Below are positions 27,783 to 34,896 of a stretch of 64,000 nt of DNA, piece after piece (the first letter of the stretch is position 1; each line of letters starts with the position of its first letter). A program made the translations under genes and the position numbers. The stretch is from IMG/VR virus record IMGVR_UViG_3300045988_110999. One strand, written 5' to 3'. The DNA comes from a virus. The notes under the pieces were generated by a model that was given only the letters and a program-made list of their open reading frames with translations, was not told the origin of the DNA and did no database searches.

Positions 27783-28949
27783 CTATTTAGAGATATTTTT
27801 GATACGAGCAGATGCAATCGGAGCTGTACATTCCAGAGTTACAGAACCAGTAATTACTTTCTGTTTGTAAGTACCAGTACGGGGCGGATTTTCCGTGTGG
27901 AACGGAATAAGATAACCAAGTTTCCAATACTGGAATTCCATAAGGTCTACGACATCGTCTGTGTACATACGATGAGCGTTGACATCAACACGACCGAAGT
28001 CCGTTTCTATGACATCAATTACCTCTGTGATGTTTCGTTTGTCAGCATCACGGGTTTTAGTTGTGTTCGGAGTCCACCCGGAAATCTTACGTTTGTTTTT
28101 ACCAGAGCAAACGATAGTGTCGGGGGAACCGCCACGTTTCCATTCGAGTTGCATAGTGTCGTTAAGAAGGTCAAAGGTAAATTCACCTTTTGAAGCCGTA
28201 GCGGCATCAACAACGTTCTGATTGGAAACAACCATTTTACCAGTAGTTACCGCACCAGACGGCTTAATAGCTGTGTCCGAAGTATTAGACATCATAGTTG
28301 CCTGCGGAGTATCATGTACCGTAAAGGTATTAGCGTCGATAACATGGACGTAATACGGGGTATTTGCTTTATAGCCACTATCCAGCGTACCACCAGCAGC
28401 CGCAGAGAAGATGACCGGGTCGCCATTAAAGAATTCATGCCCGTTTACCGTAATAACACCTTTCGTGTCGATACCAGCTACGGGTTTCGTAGCTTCGAGG
28501 AAGAAGGACACACCACCAAAGCGAGCGGCTTCTGTATCCTCCGGTTTAGCTACTTTGTTATTTACGATAGCATATTCAAGGTCACGAGCTGTTTCTTTAC
28601 CGCATTTCGTAAACTGGTACGCGAGTTCATCACGGACACCATATTTCTTAATGGCCTGTGTGGTATCAGTAACAGAATAGCCGTTCATAAACTGCTGAAC
28701 ATAGTTTGCGGAACGGGTACGGGGACGGGCTTTCTGTACGTCGAAGTCAGTAGCTTCCATCGTAGCGTTGTCACGAGCAGGACGAAGGTTATCGTTCAGC
28801 CATTCATGTTTCGTACTTGTAACGGAAGTGCGACCGAACCGATTAGTATAAAAAGTTTCGTCAGGGTCGAGGGCGGTGATGAAATCCGTAATGTCTTCGA
28901 CCTTACCTACAACAGTACCAGATTTAACTGTTTTATCAATGATTGCCAA
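27783..28949 (-). CDS. Major capsid protein
   Basis: 388 aa between the scaffold gene and a strong terminator, with highly biased (CGT, GGT, ACT) codon use typical of a highly expressed gene. The position is canonical after portal and scaffold. Confidence 0.75.
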   Translation of the reverse strand: MAIIDKTVKSGTVVGKVEDITDFITALDPDETFYTNRFGRTSVTSTKHEWLNDNLRPARDNATMEATDFDVQKARPRTRSANYVQQFMNGYSVTDTTQAIKKYGVRDELAYQFTKCGKETARDLEYAIVNNKVAKPEDTEAARFGGVSFFLEATKPVAGIDTKGVITVNGHEFFNGDPVIFSAAAGGTLDSGYKANTPYYVHVIDANTFTVHDTPQATMMSNTSDTAIKPSGAVTTGKMVVSNQNVVDAATASKGEFTFDLLNDTMQLEWKRGGSPDTIVCSGKNKRKISGWTPNTTKTRDADKRNITEVIDVIETDFGRVDVNAHRMYTDDVVDLMEFQYWKLGYLIPFHTENPPRTGTYKQKVITGSVTLECTAPIASARIKNISK

Positions 28950-28961
28950 TTATTTTCCTCC

Positions 28962-30035
28962 TTAACCGAGACCGAGCTTACTGGCTAATTGAGCCTGCTG
29001 GTCTAACGTCAATTTACCCAGCTTCGAGTAGTCGATATTTTTCTGATTCGGCTGGGGTGTATTCTTGACGGCTCCTGTTGATTCCGCAAAGGGAGGTTTC
29101 TGTTTCGGTACGGGTTTTGCAGGTGTCGCAACCGGCTTATTCTGAGGAACCTGTTGTTCACCAGCCGGTACATAACCTCTCGCTCTATAGAATTCGTCCC
29201 GTACTGCTCCCATGTATGCGTCAATTACACGAGCGTCATTGTTTCTAAGTGCCTGCTGAATCTGTACAGCCTGCTGATACGGCAACTGCTGTAACCGCTG
29301 TGCGGCATACTGGTCAATCGCCTGAATATTGGGGTCTTGAGCGTACTTGTTGTACACCTTCTGAATTTCCTGCTGGCGAATGTTACGTTCATACATAGTA
29401 GCTTTAATGGTAGAAATTTCGTCTGCCAAAGCCGCCTGATGAACAGGGTTATATTCGTCGAAATCTTCCCCTAAATTTTCCGAAACCCTCTTAATCGCAT
29501 AGTCGGAAAGAGTCTTGTAATACTCCTTAGGGTCAACCTGAGTCTGCTGTGTCTGAGGCTGGGCCGGTTGCTGAGGCGGTACAGATTGTCCCTGTTGCAT
29601 ATTCTGCTGGGGATTCTGCTGACTATGCTGGGCATACATGGCTTCCATGCGTCGTTTTTCTTCCGCAAGGGCCTGCGTCTTTGCCGTGTAGTCAGAGTGC
29701 ATCATATAACCATTCCGAAGCTCATCCAAAGTGACTTCATGTTCTACACCATTGACCTTAACCTTGTATTTCTCCGGTTCGGGAGGAAGTTGTTCGTCTG
29801 CTGGTCCTTCTTCACCATCTTCGGAATCTTCATCGTCGAACATATGAGGATTTAAAGTAACATCCCCACTTTCCGGATCAATTTTCCAGTCAAAGTCCTC
29901 TTCACCCCCGTTCTGCTCATTCGAGCCTTCGGGGTTTGCACCGGAGTCCTCTACAGGTTGTTCCAATGCTGTATTATCAGCTGTCGGTTCTTCACCTTCA
30001 GCAAATAATTGTAAATCAAATTTCAAATCTTCCAT
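28962..30035 (-). CDS. Scaffolding protein
   Basis: The N-terminus MEDLKFDLQLFAEGEE has the LQLFA motif common at phage head-protein N-termini. It is acidic, then Q-rich and helical. It lies immediately upstream of the capsid gene. Start placed at ATG 30035 (GGAG plus 5 nt). Confidence 0.7.
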   Translation of the reverse strand: MEDLKFDLQLFAEGEEPTADNTALEQPVEDSGANPEGSNEQNGGEEDFDWKIDPESGDVTLNPHMFDDEDSEDGEEGPADEQLPPEPEKYKVKVNGVEHEVTLDELRNGYMMHSDYTAKTQALAEEKRRMEAMYAQHSQQNPQQNMQQGQSVPPQQPAQPQTQQTQVDPKEYYKTLSDYAIKRVSENLGEDFDEYNPVHQAALADEISTIKATMYERNIRQQEIQKVYNKYAQDPNIQAIDQYAAQRLQQLPYQQAVQIQQALRNNDARVIDAYMGAVRDEFYRARGYVPAGEQQVPQNKPVATPAKPVPKQKPPFAESTGAVKNTPQPNQKNIDYSKLGKLTLDQQAQLASKLGLG

Positions 30036-30079
30036 GTTTTCTCCTTTCACTCCCAGTAAGGGTTGGTGAGAGTCTAAAT

Positions 30080-31114
30080 TTAACTAAACCAACGAGAATT
30101 TATAGAACGAATAATGTCCCCAACACTGGCGTCGCCCCACTCGTAGGGATTAGGAGTATTATCTGGAGTGCCTACGGTAGCGGCATTTGCTCTGGCGTCC
30201 GATTCAGACGGGGTGTAATTGTAGGCGTCTGAGTCGTTACCTCCGCCCCCGTTATCGTCTCCTCCATACCCGGAACCGCCGCCATCTCCTCCACCGTAGG
30301 AAGAACCATCATCGGAATAACCAGAGTCATCACCGCTGTAATCTGCTTGAGCGGCCTGTGCCGCTGCTGCGGCGGCTTCGGCCTCTGCCTGACGCTGAAG
30401 TTCTGCCTGCCATGCAAGGTAGTTCGTCCAGTCTTTAGAAGCCTGTGTCGGCTCCCAAACACCAGAATTCGTCAAGGCCTGGGCTGACTGCCAGTTGAAA
30501 TTCTGGTTCATGTAATTATAAAGCGTGTTTGCATCCCAATCAGGATGGAGTTCTTTCAACTTATTTAAATTCCATAGCATAGCCAATTCAGGATTTTTGC
30601 TCGGGTTCTGTAACTGTGAGCCATCCTTTAAGTCCTGGGTCTGATACTGCATCGCGGCATTGGGTACATACTGTTCAAGCTGGGCTTCTGGTCGTTCACC
30701 GTTCAGAATTTTATAAACTCTTTCTTTGAAACCGGGTCTAAGTGAACTCTTGGAGTCCCAGTCACGGGCCGCTTGAAGACCTTTATCATACTGGTTTAGT
30801 GCGTCCTGATTGTATACCGTAGGCTTCCACGTATTACCATACTGACCTTTGTACTGATAAGTTTCCGGACTAACCGGATTAGAAGGAGCCGCTTTGTCTG
30901 CAAAGTTACCCAACAGACTATTTTTCAAAGCCTGACTTGCCATTGCCTGACCTACTGGGCCAGCAGTAACAGAATTTTTCTGAGCCTGACCAGTGGTAAC
31001 TTCCTTAGCAGGGGTAGCACTAGCTGGGGCATTTGCCATAACATCCTGTGGTGAATATGTTGGGTTATACGCAAAATGCCCATCTGTAAACTGAATCCTA
31101 TTAGTCTTTGCCAT
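30080..31114 (-). CDS. Hypothetical head-associated protein with a Gly/Asp/Ser-rich C-terminal region
   Basis: 344-aa ORF between the portal and scaffold genes. It contains AEAEAAAAAAQAAQADYSGDDSGYSDDGSSYGGGDGGGSGYGGDD. Confidence 0.6.
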   Translation of the reverse strand: MAKTNRIQFTDGHFAYNPTYSPQDVMANAPASATPAKEVTTGQAQKNSVTAGPVGQAMASQALKNSLLGNFADKAAPSNPVSPETYQYKGQYGNTWKPTVYNQDALNQYDKGLQAARDWDSKSSLRPGFKERVYKILNGERPEAQLEQYVPNAAMQYQTQDLKDGSQLQNPSKNPELAMLWNLNKLKELHPDWDANTLYNYMNQNFNWQSAQALTNSGVWEPTQASKDWTNYLAWQAELQRQAEAEAAAAAAQAAQADYSGDDSGYSDDGSSYGGGDGGGSGYGGDDNGGGGNDSDAYNYTPSESDARANAATVGTPDNTPNPYEWGDASVGDIIRSINSRWFS

Positions 31115-31122
31115 CAAACCTC

Positions 31123-31389
31123 CTATAATCTGCTATACCAATCTTCTGAGTTGGCATAACTAACTTTCTTTTCCTCTAACTCTTCCAGCTCGCTCTTGGC
31201 AATCTTACCGTTATTTACCTTAGCTACGAGCCAGTCTCTAAAATCCTCCGACGCCACCAGCTTGTTTCGGAGGTCCATTACCTCTTTCACGGGGCACGTT
31301 TTGAGGTTGCCGATTATCAGTTCTTGATAATCCTCCAACCATTCCGCTATTAGGGTTTCCACCAGCTGCGCCTGTTCCGCTTTGTCCAT
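31123..31389 (-). CDS. Small acidic helical protein, overlapping the portal 3' end in another frame
   Basis: 88 aa, MDKAEQAQLVETLIAEWLEDYQELIIGNLK.... It overlaps the Gly-rich tail of the portal ORF by 152 nt. Confidence 0.55.
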   Translation of the reverse strand: MDKAEQAQLVETLIAEWLEDYQELIIGNLKTCPVKEVMDLRNKLVASEDFRDWLVAKVNNGKIAKSELEELEEKKVSYANSEDWYSRL

Positions 31390-33391
31390 AGCCTGCGCCA
31401 GTTGTTTCTTGTACTCCAGCTCCGTTTTGTCCAGTTCCTACACCTCCCCACATAGTTCTAGTAGCCGAACCGGAATCAAACAGCGCTTGGATTTCCGGGG
31501 GCAGTGACACTAAGATATCAGGCGGTAAAACACCTGTCTGCATGTAAAGCTGGGCCGCTTGAGGCGGTAACGAAGCTAATACTTGCATCTTCAACTGATA
31601 TTCAGTAGCCATCCTCTGTTGTACAACAGCCGGATCGGTAATATAATCTGCGTAATTCTTAAAGCCAGCGGCTTCAATCCACTTCTTGAACAGATTATAG
31701 ATATTATCCGGAGTAACAATAGGAATACCAGCATTTCTCACCTGCATCAGGGCTGTAAGCATGGATTGGAGCATCAACTGAGTGCTTTCCTTCGAGGCAA
31801 TACTGATACCAGCATTGACAACCAAATCAAAATTACCTTGTAAATCGTCTGGGCTGATAGCCAGTTCCTTATTTGTAAGACGGATAACTGTATTCTGGTC
31901 AATGAATTTCTGGTTAAGACCAATCATGAACCGGAATAGTTCATAGACACCCGTTTCAGCGAACATCCGAGCAATCAGTTCAAGGCGCTGGGTGCTAGCT
32001 CCCATAATCTGAGAGATACCGGTAGCTGTCTTATTGAGGGTATTCGCATCAAGACCTTGGTTATACCGTGTAATACCCGTTCGGTTTTCCTTCTGAGACT
32101 CGATATATTCAAGGAACTGGTATGTATACGGACTCAACTGATTGACCGGCATCGACATAGCCACATCCTGCATTGGATGATTGGCTTTCTTTCGGATAAC
32201 AGCACGACCTTTGACATAATCGTCGATATTGATAGCATCCTCAGCCAGAATCATCTTTGGGTCATTCGTCAAAGCAATATTCTGTACAATCTGACGGGTG
32301 AGAGCGACTTTTAAGTCCTGCAATTCACCAATCAGCTCTGCGTAAGACCGTTTCACCCAGATTCGGTGAGGGTCTTTCGTCGGACTGATAGCAAAGAACG
32401 GATGTCGACCCATATAGTTCGGTTCTACTCGTAAAACGACGTCATCTACGATGGTAATAATCATATCTTCAAGAACACCATCGTTATTCCAGTCCAGCTT
32501 CGTATAACATTCATATAATGTTACCTCGGCTCTGGCGTCATCAGCTTCCTGGCTGCTTCCTTGGTAGTTATCTCCGATTACCTGCTCTACTTGGTCATCG
32601 CTCATAATTCCTGACTTAGGTTTCGGGGTAATCTGGTCTACGTTTGCGTAGATGCCCTGCTGTTCCCGTTCTCGGAGGTAGCTCATCGTCACTTTCTTCT
32701 TATGGGCAACGAAATTTGCCTCGTCCAAAGACTTTGCATCGGAGGAATATAACAGCTCAGACACCAGAATATTCTCGATGACCGGGGCGTTTTTTACGTA
32801 ATACGGGGATAAATACTGTACACGCACGATACCGAACATGTCAGGGCCCTCTACAGACTGGATTTCAACGTTCTGCTGGGTAAGTTCTTGGAAAGCTCTC
32901 ATATTCATGGACTGTTCAAGCAGTTGGTAATCCTCTTTCCGGTCCCAATAGCATTTAATGATGCCCATGCCCGTAATCAAGGCGTCTTTCATCCAGTTGT
33001 AAAGGATTGGAAAGAACCGGTTCTGCCGCTGGAGCTGATAAACAAGGAGCTGTTGCATGATTTCCGCGTTACGATCATCTTCTTCCGAGGACCCTTGTAC
33101 CGTAACGACTTCATCACCGCCCGTAAAGACTTTAATTAGAGACGGCAACGCCCATTCAATCGTATCTGTGACATCGGTAGATACTAAAGACGATACTTTC
33201 GACAGTCTAGGGAGCTTCCTTGCATAGTAATCCTTGTCTGCATAGTAGATTTCATATCGTTCCTTTACAGTAGGGAGGATAACCGTATCCTGATAGTTCT
33301 CTGCGTCGGAAATATCCCTCTGCAAGGCAGTCACAAGGCTTTTATCAATGTCATCCAGTGTCGGATTTTCCTTATTTTGGATGAAGCTCAA
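31238..33391 (-). CDS. Portal protein
   Basis: 717 aa located between the terL/tRNA region and the scaffold/capsid genes. Size and central helical core are typical. The C-terminal Gly-rich tail is of uncertain reality. Confidence 0.8.
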   Translation of the reverse strand: MSFIQNKENPTLDDIDKSLVTALQRDISDAENYQDTVILPTVKERYEIYYADKDYYARKLPRLSKVSSLVSTDVTDTIEWALPSLIKVFTGGDEVVTVQGSSEEDDRNAEIMQQLLVYQLQRQNRFFPILYNWMKDALITGMGIIKCYWDRKEDYQLLEQSMNMRAFQELTQQNVEIQSVEGPDMFGIVRVQYLSPYYVKNAPVIENILVSELLYSSDAKSLDEANFVAHKKKVTMSYLREREQQGIYANVDQITPKPKSGIMSDDQVEQVIGDNYQGSSQEADDARAEVTLYECYTKLDWNNDGVLEDMIITIVDDVVLRVEPNYMGRHPFFAISPTKDPHRIWVKRSYAELIGELQDLKVALTRQIVQNIALTNDPKMILAEDAINIDDYVKGRAVIRKKANHPMQDVAMSMPVNQLSPYTYQFLEYIESQKENRTGITRYNQGLDANTLNKTATGISQIMGASTQRLELIARMFAETGVYELFRFMIGLNQKFIDQNTVIRLTNKELAISPDDLQGNFDLVVNAGISIASKESTQLMLQSMLTALMQVRNAGIPIVTPDNIYNLFKKWIEAAGFKNYADYITDPAVVQQRMATEYQLKMQVLASLPPQAAQLYMQTGVLPPDILVSLPPEIQALFDSGSATRTMWGGVGTGQNGAGVQETTGAGYGQSGTGAAGGNPNSGMVGGLSRTDNRQPQNVPRERGNGPPKQAGGVGGF

Positions 33392-33455
33392 TCTATCACC
33401 TCCTTCGGAAACGACTTTAGTCGTTTCACGATGCTAAAGCAAGTCTTACTTTCCA

Positions 33456-33731
33456 TTAGAGCTGTCGATTTATGATGGTATCGGGTTTAAAAGCCGACCC
33501 GATGATTTCTCCGTTATCCAAAAGGATAAGGGAACGCTTTGCCCGGCCTCTGGTTGCGTCAAAAAACATACCAGCATCCCGGCGTCTCTTATATAATCGT
33601 TCTACCATATTCCCGATAAACGGCATGATACAGGTGACTCGGGCCGTATTCACTACGAAACCGAAGCCGATATCCATGAACACACCGTTTTCAGGGTTGA
33701 TTTTCACTCTTTCTGTTGTTGCTGACTTCAT
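33456..33731 (-). CDS. RemA/DUF370-like small DNA-binding protein
   Basis: MDIGFGFVVNTARVTCIMPFIGNMVERLYKRRRDAGMFFDATRGRAKRSLILLDNGEIIGSAFKPDTIINRQL aligns with the RemA pattern (INIGFGN.V...R...I.....P.KR......G.LIDAT.GR..R.......H..LSA..P.T...R). Confidence 0.65.
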   Translation of the reverse strand: MKSATTERVKINPENGVFMDIGFGFVVNTARVTCIMPFIGNMVERLYKRRRDAGMFFDATRGRAKRSLILLDNGEIIGSAFKPDTIINRQL

Positions 33732-33739
33732 ATATACCC

Positions 33740-33880
33740 CTAACTATAAAATTTAGGAGCTTCGCCCTCTTCGGTATCATTCTCATAAGTGGCGATACCC
33801 ATAAGGACGAACAACTCCTGTAATTCTGAAACTTGTTCTTCAAGGAGTTCTATACGCTTTTCTAACTCTTCTTTGCTCAT
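33740..33880 (-). CDS. Small (46 aa) acidic coiled-coil protein
   Basis: ATG at 33880 with SD AAGGAGGG. The translation is MSKEELEKRIELLEEQVSELQELFVLMGIATYENDTEEGEAPKFYS. It falls below the ORF-track cut-off. Confidence 0.5.
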   Translation of the reverse strand: MSKEELEKRIELLEEQVSELQELFVLMGIATYENDTEEGEAPKFYS

Positions 33881-33899
33881 ATACCCTCCTTATAGATTA

Positions 33900-33974
33900 T
33901 GGCGGCGGTACTTAGAATCGAACTAAGACTAGCAGAGTCAAAGTCTGCTGTACTGACCGTTATACGATACCGCT
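33900..33974 (-). tRNA. tRNA-Gln (anticodon UUG), CCA encoded
   Basis: Hand-folded cloverleaf. Anticodon stem GCAGA/TCTGC, loop CTTTGAC. T-arm CTTAG-TTCGATT-CTAAG. Acceptor AGCGGTA/TACCGCC with an A1xC72 mismatch. Confidence 0.75.
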
Positions 33975-33977
33975 ATG

Positions 33978-34051
33978 TGGCATGGGTACAAGGACTCGAA
34001 CCAAGATTGACGGTTTTGGAGACCGTAGTCTTTCCATTAGACGATACCCAC
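33978..34051 (-). tRNA. tRNA-Trp (anticodon CCA), CCA encoded; T-stem has two U-U mismatches
   Basis: Acceptor GTGGGTA/TACCCAT. Anticodon stem ACGGT/ACCGT, loop CTCCAAA. T-arm CTTGG-TTCGAGT-CCTTG is imperfect. Confidence 0.6.
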
Positions 34052-34052
34052 A

Positions 34053-34140
34053 TGGCAGAGGAGGTGGGATTTGAACCCACGGTGCTGCTACGCACAGCTG
34101 TTTTCAGGACAGCCACCTTAATCCACTCGGACACTCCTCT
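34053..34140 (-). tRNA. tRNA-Ser (anticodon UGA), long variable arm, CCA encoded
   Basis: Acceptor AGAGGAG/CTCCTCT. Anticodon stem GCTGT/ACAGC, loop CCTGAAA. T-arm GTGGG-TTCAAAT-CCCAC. 88 nt, type II. Confidence 0.75.
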
Positions 34141-34144
34141 AATC

Positions 34145-34218
34145 TGGTTGCGGGGGATAGAGTCGAACTATCGTAACTGGGGAATGAGCCCAGCGTCCTA
34201 CCTTTAGACGACCCCGCC
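34145..34218 (-). tRNA. tRNA-Met (anticodon CAU) with initiator-like features
   Basis: Acceptor GGCGGGG...CCCCGCAACCA with a 1x72 mismatch. GGG/CCC closes the anticodon stem, loop CTCATTC. T-arm GATAG-TTCGACT-CTATC. Confidence 0.7.
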
Positions 34219-34896
34219 ATGCATCGGTTCTTTTCTCTCTTCGTGGAGCATCTCACTTCAAGAACCGGAAAGCGGTCGCCCTCGCAAGGGCGTGTACATC
34301 AAAAACCAGCGTCGATATCCACACCGTAGGACGATGCACGTGGTCCTTCCTAATATCCTACAAAACTAAGCCAGGCACAGTCGAAGCTATCTAGAATCGT
34401 CTCCGCTGTGTACCCGGTATCCAAACATCGGATACTCGGAAACGCTTTTTTCAAAGCGTTTAGCAAAGCTAAAGCATTTAGAGTGCTCTCCATATGTTTC
34501 AATTCCTACTCACTAACCGGGAATTAGGCATATTCTTTTGGGAGCCTGCCTAGGCTACCGACCAACACCCAGAGCGTGTTGAAGTCTTTTCACGCGCCGT
34601 TACGAAACCCTCTATACATAGGGAACTTCACGGTATGGTTTTTCCGGTGATTTCTGACCGGGCCAGCATCAAAATAGTCTTTCCAGTATTAACAGGCCGA
34701 CACTGTACCTGCCCCGGAGTTTAACGTCCTCCTGAGCGACGAGATATGGATGTTTAACGTCCTCCCGGACATCACCCCCTTTAGGTCATTTATGGCAACC
34801 TTTCTTTTTCAGAGGGCCTCACCTCCATCCTGAAACGTTTCAAAGAAACGTTTTGCGGTGCTGAAACACTTCGTGTTTCCCACTCGGAGTTATTTT
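34219..34896 (-). ncRNA. Candidate large structured ncRNA between the terL stop and the tRNA array (family unassigned; strand inferred)
   Basis: 678 nt with no plausible ORF but many perfect hairpins: 34225-34267, 34277-34292, 34440-34461 (9 bp), 34644-34661 and 34863-34879. Loops are A-rich when read on the minus strand. It is co-oriented with, and contiguous to, the tRNAs. Confidence 0.5.
34719..34765. repeat. Two copies of GTTTAACGTCCTCC spaced 33 nt apart inside the structured segment
   Basis: Exact 14-mers at 34719-34732 and 34752-34765. Confidence 0.8.

Noticed and set aside
28314-28988. 224-aa plus-strand ORF, and the many other plus-strand ORFs between 600 and 37400
   Set aside because: All lie antisense within long, well-supported minus-strand genes (capsid, giant protein, portal, terL, dnaE). 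They lack SD sequences.
33899-34207. 102-aa plus-strand ORF
   Set aside because: It lies antisense across the four tRNA genes, so it is an artefact.
34719-34765. Possible mini-CRISPR, from the 14-nt repeat with 33-nt spacing
   Set aside because: There are only two copies, the repeat is too short, and no cas genes are present. It is more likely part of the RNA structure.
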